From Octopus sinensis (Eukaryota): a DNA stretch of 64,000 bases. The stretch is from NCBI RefSeq assembly GCF_006345805.1, contig NC_043014.1, positions 34,720,001-34,784,000 of the forward strand, read 5' to 3'. Made by a program: the position numbers and the translations under genes. The notes beneath the pieces are model-generated. The model saw only the letters and a program-made list of their open reading frames with translations, was not told where the DNA came from and ran no database searches. This document shows positions 51,510 to 64,000 of the stretch, one piece after another (the first letter of the stretch is position 1; the number at the start of each line of letters is the position of its first letter).

Positions 51510-52130
51510 GTAACACATCCTTTACCATATTTTCGACCACCAGCCAAAAGAAGTATTTGACCCAGACTGCCTTCTTCCAATTGCTAAACATGGAGGAGGA
51601 TCTGTGATGATCTGGGAGGCTATATCTTGGAAATCTACTGGCCCAATCGTTCCCCCTCATGGCAGAATTAATAGTCAAGACTATTTAAGCATTTTATCTG
51701 ATCAAATTCATACTATGGTTGCGGAACTGTTTCCAAAGGGAAACGCAATCTTTCAGGATGATAATGCACCAATTTTCACAGCTAAATTTGTTACTGAATG
51801 GCACGAGGAACATTCTAGTGAAGTTGAACATCTTATCTGGCCACCACAGTCCCCAGATTTCAATATTATTGAACATTTATGGTGCATTTTAGAAAAACAA
51901 GTAAGGAGATAATATCCTACACCATCATCACAACAAGAACTGGAAACTGTTTTAGCTGAAGAATGGACAAAAATACCTTTGGAAACAATTCAAACTTTGT
52001 ATGAGTCCATACCTCGTTGAATTCAAGCTGTAATTACTGCTAAAGGCAGTTCTACCCCATATTAAAATTAAAATAAATTTGTAACTTGTCTGAAATTTTA
52101 AGGTGTTTCCATTATTTTGTCCAACCTCTG
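51510..52130 (+). mobile_element. Tc1-like transposon 3' half with right TIR; D36E spacing
   Basis: KHGGGSVMIW, FQDDNAP and WPPQSPDFNIIEHLW motifs. TIR ...TTTCCATTATTTTGTCCAACCTCTG followed by TA. Lies in the last DEDD intron. Confidence 0.9.
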
Positions 52131-52162
52131 TATATATAAATATATATATATGTGTGTGTGTG

Positions 52163-52193
<31 letters not shown>

Positions 52194-52252
52194 ATATATA
52201 TGTATATATATATATGTATGTGTGTGTGTATATATATGTATATATATATGTA

Positions 52253-52304
<52 letters not shown>

Positions 52305-52799
52305 TATATATGTATATATATACACATATATATATGTATATATATAAGTATATATGTATGTATATATATATATATATGTGTGTGTATTTTGATTATCCCC
52401 ACATGGTGAGTTATAATATATATAAGAAATTAAAGAAGGGAAATGCACACACTTTACATAGTTTTAATATAATTTTTAATACATTGACCGGTTTTGCTTT
52501 CTTTCGCTATTCATGACATTAAAATTTAATTATTTAAATATGTATTTTATTAAGCAGAAATTTTTTTGGTTCATGTTGTGTGTGATAGTTTTGAGTTAAT
52601 CATACAGTAGAAAAACTAGTGGGAGGTAATTGGTTATCATTATTATTGTGGGCAGGGGTGATAACTATTCAGCTTTCAGTGGGGGTGAATATATAAACAC
52701 AAAAATTCGAAAACTAGTTTAGAGGGGAGATGTATGTATAGTGATGTAATCGTGAATTAAGATATGTAAAGAGATCAAAGTTGGTTATGTCTGTATATT

Positions 52800-53510
52800 T
52801 AGATGCGTTCTGTATTTTTTGATGTATTGTTCTTTATTTAGACATTCTTGTAGAGAAACTGTATCTTTGCACTACTAGAAGGGGAAGACTGCGAAATTTG
52901 GTTTGATGTTACCGGCACATTTCTATATGTGTTTACTTAGAGGAATTTGTCTGTATTGCGGGAACCAGATCTGCTCTTTATGTAGAGTGGTTCTCCATCT
53001 CAAAGTCATACTAGTCTGTCCAATATAGTGTTGTTCATAACCCAAGCAGGTTATTACATAAATCAGGTTCTCAGAGGCACAAGTGAACTGGTTGTAATTG
53101 AGAACCTATCTCCTTATTTGAAAAAAAAATCCAAGCCTTCAAATAGGTTGGGGCATGTTCCACAGTTATGGCGTCCGCATTTTTTAACCGCTGGTTTCGT
53201 GGTTGTTTTGTAAAGCTTCGCATTTGTTAGAAGTCTCTTTAGCAATTTGTGTTGCTTTTTTGCATTTGATGAGTTTATGCATTTTCAGGATGTTGTTCAT
53301 TTATGGATCTCTAGTTAGTAAAGGGAGATTTTGCACAATAGTGTTGCATGCCTCACTGTTTCTAGGGTTGTAGGTTAATATAAACAATAGTGTTTTGAGA
53401 TGAGGTTTGGTGTTATGCTTTGTTGTCCTTAGTGCTTTTATGTCTAATTTCTTGGCAAGCTTAATTCCCTCATTTATAAGTGAGGGTGGATACTGTCTTT
53501 CAGTTAGCAT
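52800..53510 (-). mobile_element. Penelope-like element fragment (RT C-terminus to GIY-YIG)
   Basis: ERQYPPSLINEGI...LLFILTYNPRN..., then VKKCGRHNCGTCPNLFEG. These are typical PLE linker and zinc motifs. Confidence 0.7.
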
Positions 53511-54390
53511 TGTTTTGAGTGTAGTGGGTGCTTTTACGTGCCACCAGCACGAGGACCAGTCAGGTGGCTCTGGCAACGACTGTGCTCAAAAGGTGTTTTT
53601 TATGTGCTACCTGCATGGGAGTCAGTCCAGAGGTACTTATGAGAGACAGACCATAACCCGTAGCCTCTACATGGGATGTAGCCAGTCCACTTATGCATAC
53701 CTTTCCTTCTTGGGACACAAAACTCTACTTGTGAAGACCTGTTGAGGCAAGTGGAAATCAAAATTGAAATCGATCAACATCAATGGAAATTGCAGCTGTG
53801 ATACCAGTGCCGGTGGTACGTAAGAGAACCATCCGAACGTGGCTGTTGCCAGTGCCGCTCCGACTGGCCTCGTGCCGGTGGCACGTAAAAAGCACCATCC
53901 AGCCATAGAAACATTGCCAGATCAGACTAGGCCTGGTGCAGCCTTCTGGCTTCCCAGACCCCAGTTGAACCATCCAACCCATGCTAGCATGGGAAGCGGA
54001 CGCTAAACAATGATGATGATGATATATATATATATATATATATAAATTACCTTCTGACTGCCACTCATGTTAGTGGACCGCCTGATTCGCACTCATGCCA
54101 GTGGAACCACCTGATTGCCACTCATGCCAGTGGAACATTAAAAGCACATCCAAGGATGAGCGTTGCCAGAGCGCCGGATTGGCTACCGTGCCAGTGGCAC
54201 GTGAAAATTACCATTTGAGTGTGATAGTTGCCAGCGTCGCTTTACTGGCACGTGAAAAACAACATCAAGCTGTAGAAACTTTGCCAGATCAGATTGAGCC
54301 TGGTGCAGACTCTGGCTCACCAGTCCTCAGTCAAACTGTCCAAACACATGCCAGCATGGAAAGTGGATGTAAAACGAAGATGATGATGAT
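53510..54390. mobile_element. Cluster of RTE 3'-UTR modules
   Basis: A short minus fragment, a plus module at 53690-54020 and another plus module at about 54050-54390. Confidence 0.75.
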
Positions 54391-54422
54391 AATATATATA
54401 TATATATACATATATATGTATA

Positions 54423-54491
<69 letters not shown>

Positions 54492-55459
54492 GTCTGTGTT
54501 TGTTGCTGTACACATTTGCTAGCTTTCTTACAAAAAATCTAATGCTCTTAGCTTAGACTGTCTTGGGGACAACCAGATCAAATTGTCTCAAGTGTAACTG
54601 CCCTAAACAGTAAGGACTTCTGGTAACTTGACTGAAGAAACAAGGCCACAAATATAACATATATATATATGTAAATAAGTAACAAGGATATACAGGTGTC
54701 AATATATATATCATGCTTTTTCTCATTCTCTCTCTATGTATTTCCTCTTATTCCTTTCTGTTGAAGAGCATAGGCTCAAAATGTAAAAGACTTTTCCATT
54801 TTCCCCAAGTGTCAAACTAATACACCTGCTTGTTGTTCCTACACATGCCTTTGTTTTTGTTTATATATATATATCATCATCATCATTGTCATTTAATGTC
54901 GGTTTTCCATGCTGGCATGTGTTGGATGGCTTGACAGGAGCCGTTGAGGCCAGGGGTTGCGCCTAGCTCCATTGTCTGTTTTGCTTTGGTTTCTACAGCT
55001 GGATATCCTTCCTAATGCCAACCACTTTACAGAGTGTGCTGGGTGTCTTTTACATGGCACCATCACCAGTACTTTTTATGTGACACCAATACTAATGCTT
55101 TTTATGTGGCATCTTGGTTTTTAGGATGTGTCAGTGTGTGTGTGTAGGCATGGTCATGTAGTTAAGAATGCTTTCCAACTATGTGGTTTTGGATACAGTC
55201 CCACTACATAACACCGTAGACAAGTATCAATTTTTATAGTCACAAGCCAACTAAAGCCATGTGAGTGGATTTGGTGCATGGAAACTGAAAGAAGCCCATC
55301 ATCATCATCACCACCTGTCATCATCATTTTAACAGTCACTTTTCCATGCTTTTCTATGATCAGATATCCTTCCTATTGCCAACCCTCACCTGTTTCCAAG
55401 CCAAGTTATATTTCTCCACACACAAGTTTTTGCAGACTATTGGAAATGAACAACACTGC

Positions 55460-55675
55460 TTGTACAACAGAGTCTATTATGCAAAAGTTCAAGATCTCAA
55501 TGATCTCAAGAAAAAACACACCAAGCCATAACCAACATTGCTGAAGGGATGCTCCAATGCACATCGTCAGAACTTGAACATTGTTTAGATGCTTTACAAT
55601 AAACTCTAAGTTATACTTATTTTTCATTGGTTTCTGAATTTTTGAAATTGTAAAGATAATTTATGGACACCCAAT
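55460..55675 (+). mobile_element. Tc1/mariner-superfamily 3' fragment
   Basis: RVYYAKVQDLNDLK..(frameshift)QAITNIAEGMLQCTSSELEHCLD, ending in TIR-like TTTATGGACACCC. Confidence 0.5.
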
Positions 55676-56084
55676 ATTTATGTACACACACATGTATTTT
55701 TGTGTGTGCTATGACTGTGTCTTGATGTTGAACATTAGCAAGTTGTAATGTAGATGTAATAATGAATTGTGGATTTGCTAAGGCACCACAAACTCTACTG
55801 ATGGTGTAGGAACTGTTTGTACACTTGAACTAGCTTTCATAACTGACATATACAATGTTAATAACAAAAACACATTCCATCATACAAACCTGTGTTAATT
55901 CTACACCATTACATGTATTTTACTTGATTCATAGTCACCTGATTGTTTTATAGTCACTGTGTATATAATTAATATCTTGTTGGTTTGATCATGGCTTGAC
56001 AGCCTAACACCCAACTGACAGTCATTTGTGTATCTCAATTAAATTCATGCCTATATATATATATATATATTTATTTCACTACAC

Positions 56085-56232
56085 TCTCAGAGTGGTTGGC
56101 GTTAGGAAGGGCATCCAGCTGTAGAAACTCTGCCAGATCAAGACTGGAGCTTGGTGCAGCTATCTGGTTCGCCAGCCCCCAGTCAAACCGTAGCATGGAA
56201 AGCGGACGTTAAACGACGATGATGATGATGAT
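56085..56232 (+). mobile_element. RTE 3' tail module
   Basis: Standard tail with (GAT)n. Confidence 0.8.
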
Positions 56233-56594
56233 ATTTCACTGTGTGAAAGTTTCTAGTTCGAATCACACATGTCTCGAGATGTACTGAAGATTTTCTATTT
56301 TGGATATATTTGGGGTACTTAGGTCTGCTCAGGACTTAGTGCTTGCTTTTTCCATGGGTATGAGTAAGAATTTCATTTATGTCTTACCTATTTATCGCTG
56401 AGGAGGAGAAAATTCTTATGAATTAACTCTGAAATTGGGACCAATACGGTAATAACGGAATTTTTTTAGAAATTTCTATCGGTTTGTTTCAAGATGCATG
56501 TTAATTGTGATAAATTATAATGGTTATTGACAATTTGTCTATTTTCGGCATATTTGGCATTAGAATTTTTTTCTTTTGCCCTTATTTTATAAGT

Positions 56595-56626
<32 letters not shown>

Positions 56627-56650
56627 TATGTAAATCAACAAGTAACTTAC

Positions 56651-56905
56651 CTGTGATAAACACGCCTTTAAGAGCTTCCAATAATGAGCCATTAATATAA
56701 TCTCGCCAGAATGCATCCAAATAAGTGAGTTCTGAGAATTTTATATCACAAATAATGGAACCAAGGTCCCGAGATTTAAGGATTGTGTTGGCCTGGGCAA
56801 ATTTTTCAAACTGCCTTTCAAGTAACTCAGGTTTATTTGAGAAGACATTGCCTTCAAGCACATTTTCATGATGGCAGTACTCAGCACGGACTCTCAACCG
56901 AATAT
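56651..56905 (-). CDS. DEDD: DEDD internal exon (255 bp, phase 1-1): DIRLRVRAEYCHHE...SRDLGSIICDIKFSELTYLDAFWRDYINGSLLEALKGVFIT
   Basis: Acceptor CTCTTTTTCAG and donor CAG|GTAAGT. The peptide is close to the recalled conserved DEDD C-terminal domain. Confidence 0.96.
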
Positions 56906-58561
56906 CTGAAAAAGAGAATTAGTCAACAGTATGTTTACTTCACTCCACCAAACTCAATACAACTGAAATACAATAAACAAATTATTATCAAACACTACAG
57001 TAGCTCCAGCCTGACCAAAGTCTTGTGAGTGAATTTGGTAGAAGGAAACTGAAAGAAGCCCATCGTTTGTGTGTGTTTTACTGTCTTTTTACCTTGACAT
57101 CGTGTGATGCTTGTAAATGAGTATCACTCATGTGTCCTGTATTTCCAATTTTCTGTGTTGTTATGGAAAAATAGTACCTAGTCAGGGAACAGATGAGGGT
57201 TGGTAAAAAGAAGGGCAACCGGCCACAGAAAATCCACCTCAAAATATTCCGTTTGCCTCATGTGAGCATGGAAAAGGGGATGTTAAACCAATGATGATGA
57301 TGATGACTATAGTATCAAATGGTTTGGTATTCACTGACCATATCTACCAATGCTTTATTATATAAATGCACTCATGCCAGGTTTGATCTCACAAACCTGC
57401 AGTACCATGGCCTGAGTTCTCTTTGATTGCAAAGCCAATACCACCCTCTCACTTTTCATCTGTCAGTTTACCAAAAGAAGATAAAGTGATATCCCAGCCA
57501 TTTAAATTAGCTGGCCTTCACATGAAAATTGTGTCTCAGAAAGAGCAATAATACAGACCAAATAATTCACATATTCAATTCCAACACAAATACATATATA
57601 TACAACAGAATTTGAAAGTGTCAATAAGTTTGGTTGACATGACAAATGAAAAAGTCTATGTCCTCTGACACATACACAAACATAACAGATATGGGGCACC
57701 TGATGAGGAACAGAAATCAAATCATTCATAATGTTATGAAAGTCAACTCATGACTGAGTAAGACTGCTTCTTAAAATCAGTAAGTTCTCAGAGTACAAGA
57801 AATTCATGTGCAGGAATTTGTCTTGAGTGGGTGAAGTGTTGCACAGTACTGAGCCCACTTTTCAACTTTTCAATGCAATCAGCTATAAAACCAGTGGCAC
57901 AACAAAGGGTGAGACGACCAGAAATTAACTGCATTTCAAGGTTTTTTTAATACAAATTTACTTTCTCCAAGATGAAAGTCCTAACAAGAACTCGGGGACC
58001 TTCATTCCCAGTGCTTCACATGCTAGTTAACCCATAGCTGGGACCCTAAAAGGTGCTACTATTCAGGGTCAGATTAAACCTAGGAAAAATAGTGGCTAAG
58101 AGGTGGTTCCACACTCCTCAAAACCCTAAAACTCTTGTATAAGAGTCCCACTTATGGATGCTGTTTCAAATCTTACCTATTCATAATGTAGTGTTTCTAT
58201 AAAAGCAGTTACGATGAAGTTTACAATAACACAGTAACTGTTTGGTATAAAGATAGAAATATCTAAAAACAATTACATTATTGCGTTTTACAGCAGTGAC
58301 AAAGCTTAGAGTTTCTCTACAGTTTTTTTTCATCATACAATAAGTATCACAAATACTGTGATAACTCAACACATTAGACAGTGTTTGACCACATCATATA
58401 TTAAGGACAGTGCAATTATATCCCAATACAATTGTACCTATTGCTCTATACTATACAAAGACAGCACTCTAGACACCCACCATTGCCATACACAACTGTC
58501 AGTCTGTACCACACACTACATATGTTGCAACAGGTGAAAAGAGATAGCAAACAGCACTCAC

Positions 58562-58807
58562 CGCAAGTTACTTTCTTTTTAATGTCATCCGAATCCTGTG
58601 ATTTGTTCATGTCACTATCTTGTGATATCCGGGTTTTTGATTTACGGTTGCTACGGCCAGCACGAGATTTTCTTGGTCTTTTGGCTGGGGTCCCAGTTAC
58701 AGTGGCAGTTGAGCCTTTTGTGGTTGAAGACAAGGAAGAGTCGATGGGTCTCTTCTGGCCATTACGAGAGGTTTCTTCAAGGTATTCATCAACAGGATCA
58801 GGTGTAA
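58562..58807 (-). CDS. DEDD: DEDD internal exon (246 bp, phase 1-1): (x)TPDPVDEYLEETS...PAKRPRKSRAGRSNRKSK...KKKVTC
   Basis: Acceptor TTTCTTTTACAG and donor G|GTGAGT. PDPVDEYLEETS resembles vertebrate PDLVDKYLEETS, a basic NLS-like tract follows, and splicing gives TC-D-IRLRV. Confidence 0.9.
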
Positions 58808-58974
58808 CTGTAAAAGAAATTCCCCATTAGAAATGTCAACACTAAAAGCAAAAGTCATTTAGTATACTCAAACTACTGGCCTCAACTGTAGACATGATAA
58901 ACTTTTTAATATGTACATGGACACAATGAGAAGAGGATTCAAAGCAAAAGCGCATTAGCCAGATATATATATAT

Positions 58975-59495
58975 CATCATCATCATCATCGTTTAGCGTC
59001 CACCTTCCATGCTAACATGGGTTGAACGGTTCAACTGGGGTCTGGGAAGCCAGAAGGCTGCACCAGGCCCAGTCTGATCTGGCAATGTTTCTACAGCTGG
59101 ATGCCCTTCCTAACACCAACCACTCCGTGAGTGTAGTGGGTGCTTTTTACGTGCCACCGGCACAGGTGCCAGACGAGGCTGGCAAACGGCCACGATCGAA
59201 TGGGGCTTTTTACGTGCCACCGGCACGGAGGCCAGGCAAAGCTGGCAACGGCCACGATCGGATGGTGCTTTTTACGTGCCACCGGCACGGAGGCCAGTCA
59301 GGGCGGCGCTGGCAACGGCCACGTTCAGATGGTTCTCTTACGTGCCACTGGCACTGGTATCACAGCTACAATTTCCATTGATGTTGATCGATTTTGATTT
59401 TGATTCTGATTCTCACTTGCCTCAACAGGTCTTCACAAGTAGAGTTTTGTGTCCCAAGAAGGAAAGGTATGCATAAGTGGACTCGCTACATCCCA
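58975..59495 (-). mobile_element. RTE 3'-UTR module with expanded internal units
   Basis: Same family as 14650-15090, with one more internal repeat unit. Confidence 0.85.
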
Positions 59496-60411
59496 GGTAG
59501 AGGCCTGTATGTATGTATATGTGAGTGTGTGTATGTATACCTTTATGTTTGCCACTCTCATTACCGCTTGACAACAAGTATTGGTGTGTTTACGTTCCCA
59601 TAACTTAGTGATTCAGCAAAAGGGACTGATAGAATAAATAATAGGTTTCAAAAAATAAGTCCTGGGGTTCGATTAAAACCCTTCAAAGTAGTGCTCTAGC
59701 ATGGCCATAGTCAAATAACAAACAAATAAAAAATATATATGTATGCATACATATATGTTTTATATGTGTGTGTATATGTGTACAACAGCAATAACAATGA
59801 ACAATGCAAAATGCTTCAAGCCTATAATAAGCAAATTGGTTACAGGCTTACAGGCACAACTCCAGAACAAAAATAAATTCTTCACTAGCTGCCAGATAAA
59901 ATGATAACTCAATGAAAAATTACAAAACCAAAATAATGATTTGAATTCAAGGATTGCCAAATTAGTCTGCTTCTATTTACTTGTTAAAATGATCAATTTC
60001 CAGAAACATTATCCAACTGGATATATTTTGAACATACAATTTGGACATGCAGAAATGATAAGTGTGATATCATACATACAAATCCTAATTCTCCTGTAAT
60101 GCATAAATAGCATCTCCTATCACATTGCTTAGGCTATCCCTGCCCTGCTTTCCCCATCCATTTCCTAACACCATATTGAGCATGTTGTGACAGAAGATAA
60201 AACAAATGCTAGAAAGTGAAGGGGCAACTTAGTTGCTTTCTATATTAGAAAGATAACATGGAGAGGATGGTTAGGCATCTACCATGGAAAACTTAATGTT
60301 TCTAAAATTTAAAATATAGAATCACTTTTGATATAAAATAGAAATAGAATTTCCATCCAAATATTTAATTAAAAAAATATTCAGCAAACTCTAAAATGTG
60401 TAGGGTCTATT

Positions 60412-60773
60412 GAGGGTTGGATTTAGACCTAGTCAGGCTCCTATTTTGCTCATTCAAAACATTAGAGAATGAAGAGGGCCCTGTTAAATCTAGGTTCCCC
60501 AAAACTTAAAAGAGCCTCAGTTCAATTTAATAGTTTTTTTAAATTTAGAAGGGCCTAATAAATCAAGAGTGCTCAATAATTTTAAAAGTACTCTACTGGA
60601 TTTTAAAAATTTTAACAGATAAAAAAAATTACAAATTATTTATTTGATTGCTGTAAATATATTATTTAATTTGTAATCCAAGCTTCAGGCTTCTCTGAAT
60701 TAAAGGAAACTTTCCAAAACAAGGGGGCTCCTGGGCCATAGCCCATATTGGCTTATACATAAATCTAGCCCTG
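60412..60773. mobile_element. hAT-type MITE (362 bp) with 8-bp TSD
   Basis: Ends GAGGGTTGGATTTA / reverse complement CAGGGCTAGATTTA. TSD GGTCTATT (60404-60411) and GGGCTATT (60774-60781). Confidence 0.65.
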
Positions 60774-60959
60774 GGGCTATTTATATTCTGAAGATAAAAG
60801 TGAGTATGTGTGCGGAAATTAAATCACAATATAGGTAGCAAATATTTTACATTCCTCCCTGCTGCTTCCATTTTAGATAGTGTGATATAATAAAATTCAG
60901 TCTATGAAGTTTGTTAGTACACTGAAAATCTAGAGAGGTATTTTCTTGTAGAACTCTTG

Positions 60960-61095
60960 CATGTGAGCAAGTTGATGTTGCATGAGGAACTGAAGATGTT
61001 GAAAATCAAAGTGATGAACATGAACCTCTGCTTGAAACTTTCATACACTATTTTGAAACCATGTGGTTTGGGCCTGTATGATGTGGAAAACGTTA
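60960..61095 (+). pseudogene. Possible MULE transposase fragment
   Basis: EPLLETFIHYFETMWFGPV*CGKR resembles the FxxYFExTWxG motif. The match is short. Confidence 0.3.
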
Positions 61096-61158
61096 ACAAC
61101 CAAGACCCAATACAATCTTAGAATGCATATGAACACATACAAAATAATTTGCTACATA

Positions 61159-61337
61159 GGCGCAGGAGTGGCTGTGTGGTAAGTAGCTTGCTTACCAACC
61201 ACATGGTTTCAGGTTCAGTCCCACTGCGTGGCATCTTGGGCAAGTGTCTTCTGCTATAGCCCCGGGCCGACCAATGCCTTGTGAGTGGATTTGGTAGATG
61301 GAAACTGAAAGAAGCCTGTCGTATATATATATATATG

Positions 61338-61381
<44 letters not shown>

Positions 61382-61566
61382 TATGTCCATGTTTGCCCCC
61401 CTAGCATTGCTTGACAACCGATGCTGGTGCGTTTACGTCCCCGTCACTTAGCGGTTCAGCAAAAGAGACCGATAGAATAAGTTCTGGGGTCGATGTGTTT
61501 GACTAAAGGCGGTGCTCCAGCATGGCCGCAGTCAAACAACTGAAACAAGTAAAAGAGTAAAGAGTA
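61159..61566 (+). mobile_element. tRNA-derived SINE, full-length
   Basis: Complete head, microsatellite and tail. Confidence 0.9.
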
Positions 61567-61568
61567 TA

Positions 61569-62078
61569 CCATAAATCCTCAAGTATAGTCCGCCCTTGAG
61601 TATAATATGCAGGGGATTTTTAGGGGATTGTATCTCTGCAAAACCTAAACCTTGTGTATAATACAGACCCGTTCTCTAACTTGTGTCGTGCGTAATTAAG
61701 CCAGCAGCACCTAGTCGAACAAACACTTCCACGCATGCATAATACAATAATGATGATCTTAATTGTTATATGGGAATGTAAATATGTTTGCAAATTGTTT
61801 TTGTTACATGTTATTCTATGTTCTGAATACTTTTATTTTAATAAATGTTGCTTACTGCAAGTTATAGATGATTCTTCATTGCTTTCAGGCTTAGCTTAAG
61901 TTATTTTCACGCCCGACATCACAAAATGCGTCTGAATAAACATTGCCAGACAGCAAATAGAAACTCAGACATTGTTTAGAAAATACTTTTCATTTTTAAC
62001 CTCGTATATAGTACGCACTAAGGATTTTGACCTTAAAATTTTGGGAAAAAAGTGTGGATTATACTCGAAGATTTACGG
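61569..62078. mobile_element. TA-flanked MITE (510 bp), Tc1/mariner-pogo type
   Basis: 23-bp TIRs, 19/23 identical (CCATAAATCCTCAAGTATAGTCC vs CCGTAAATCTTCGAGTATAATCC), TA on both sides, and subterminal copies of the TIR motif. Confidence 0.8.
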
Positions 62079-62799
62079 TACTAATCATAGTGTTTAATAG
62101 TTGATTAAATGTTTTTTGAGTTTAAATTAAATTTTCATATGGAAATTCTATTTTTGTTTAATATTGGAAATTATTCTACATTTAAAAATTTTTAATTTAA
62201 AATCTATATTTGAAATTGTTCAATATGAAAAATTGTTTCAAGGTTCGATAAAAAATTTATGCCTTATGTCCATACAGACAAACATATCTACCCCAACTGA
62301 AATAGTGTAGAGCTCAACAGACTCAGAGGTAAAAGTCAAGTTACAGACAAGTCGTGGAAGCTGAAATAGCCCTGGCTGGTCATAGATTCAGCAAAGCTTA
62401 TGACAGAAGGGAGGAGACAGAGAAAAATTGGGAGTTTCTACAGGAACCTGTTTCTATGTGACCTTTCACTGGTGCTATATCCCAGCTAACAGGTGTCATT
62501 GTGGCGAAATTGTAGACAGAGATATAAAAGCTAAGAGAATAGGCTTGGAACAACTGGAAGAAAAGGAGAGAACAAACCAAGTACCTTGAGAAGCTAGGTA
62601 TCAAGTATGCTTAGCTTGTGAAGAAGCTAGCATCCTGTAAGCATTTAGACAAGTTTCCAGTTTGAGGATAAATTCCTCTTACTTTTACTAATGATGAAGG
62701 TTTTGCAGAGGTATCTGCACTGACATTCCTCTTCCAGCTATGCCATTAAAAAAAAAAATCAGTAGTGAAGCCTAGGTGTTGCAAAAAACAAAGCCAGAG

Positions 62800-63290
62800 T
62801 AAAAACAGGACGGATTAAGTACAGGAAACTATTAAATCTGTTGGCACAAAGGGCTCCTCTCTTAAATACAGCAGACAGTATGATACTTTTGTATGAAGTG
62901 CGATATTGGGGGAGCTGAATATGGAGAACATGTGAAAACTGAAAAGAAATAAGGTGGGTATGTTCTGCATATTTGTAATGTCAGCATTCATGAATGATGG
63001 AACACAAATTAACTGAGAGAAAAACTGAGGATTAAAAGTATGAGTTGTAATGTGCAAGAAATGAGACTGCACTGGTGCGGACATGTGATATGAATGAAGA
63101 TTGATCACTGAGTGAAAACTATCTTAAACAAAGTAAGTAGAAAGAGCCTACAGAAGAGGAAAAGCAAAAAAAACTTAAAAAGTGGTGAAGTCTGATCTCA
63201 GGATGCTGGCCCTCGCAAAAGAGATAAGGGATCATAAAATGGTGAGACCTGTCCAACCCATGACAGAATATGAAAGTAGGTGTAAAAATG
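62800..63290 (+). mobile_element. Decayed RTE LINE 3' fragment
   Basis: LREKLRIKSMSCNVQEMRLHWCGHVI...VVKSDLRMLAL, then a truncated tail. Confidence 0.7.
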
Positions 63291-64000
63291 ATAATTCAAG
63301 CATTCTATCAGCAATTCTAAGTGCTTAGAAAGACAAAAAGACAGATTTCTGAAATAATACATGTAATTTTCTAATCAGGTAAAATTCTATGAGAGAAACA
63401 GTTTAGAAGTTTCGCCACAAAGTTCCACACATGTTAAGTGCTCACATGTGGGTTCTGTCAAACTACATAGACTTTTGAACTTAGGATTTTCTCTTTTGTG
63501 TGACAAAACAAAACATAAATGGATTTCTTTTCATGAAGATCAAAAAGGGTCGATTATTTTCCGGGAAAGATAGTGTCAAATGAACTAATGCCTATACATT
63601 ACTGGTACTTATTTTATCAGTAAAGAACCAAAAAGAATAGTTTTCTGCAGTTAGTATCACAATAAAAAAAAATCAAAGAACATTCAAGTCTAAATTTAAA
63701 AAATTCACTGATCATGTTAATTATAACCATTTACATAACTTAAGTTTTGGCAACATGGTATGGAACTATAGAAAAGTCTCTCCAACCTATTCTGATCATT
63801 GTCATTTCTATTGTTTCTATCAAGGAGTGGTACTGCCTCCTTTCGAATTTTCTACAATACATAAGAAAGTAGCACAAAGAGGTGTAAATAATCAAATGAT
63901 AAGCAAACTATGATAGCCTCAAGTATGTTGAGAAGATAATTTATTATAAAGAAAAAAAACTATAAATAGGATTATATTGATCTGTAGCTGTTTGGATGGT

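Noticed and set aside
56466-56650. Read-through of the DEDD exon frame into the intron (alternative C-terminus)
   Set aside because: The open frame is partly supplied by a (TA)n run. A consensus donor and a conserved downstream exon explain the gene.
58446-58561. Cys-rich extension GECCLLSLFTCC... after the DEDD linker exon
   Set aside because: It starts exactly at the GTGAGT donor, so it is intronic, and it has no recognisable metal-binding pattern.
58808-64000. DED-encoding upstream exon of DEDD
   Set aside because: A minus-strand scan by eye found no DED-like peptide. The exon probably lies beyond the window.

Overview
Eukaryotic, AT-rich, repeat-dense genomic DNA. The SINE/LINE repertoire resembles a coleoid cephalopod (Octopus-like); that is inference from recalled repeat families, not a search. 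One gene is well supported: the last three coding exons of DEDD on the minus strand (58562-58807, 56651-56905, 51191-51300), with canonical GT-AG junctions and consistent phase. Its N-terminal DED exon(s) were not found and probably lie beyond the window. A second minus-strand gene is only tentative: a signal-peptide-like first exon at 28994-29048 with a CCAAT/GC-box promoter, and a possible terminal exon at 13069-13148. Most of the rest is decayed transposable elements: tRNA-derived SINEs (an abundant family with an internal microsatellite, Nin-domain SINEs with clean TSDs, V-domain SINEs), RTE, R4/Dong and Penelope-like retroelements, mariner, Tc1 (D36E spacing), hAT and MITEs, plus micro- and minisatellites and local duplications. 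The most interesting leads are (1) a minimal hammerhead-like fold with a non-canonical core in a Penelope-type repeat, (2) the candidate 44-aa prepropeptide, (3) inverted RTE tails bracketing two symmetric DEDD exons, and (4) a templated insertion inside a hAT relic. Nearly all long ORFs in the supplied track are artefacts of repeats. Repeat boundaries are approximate unless TSD/TIR positions are given. Family assignments rest on motifs recognised by eye.
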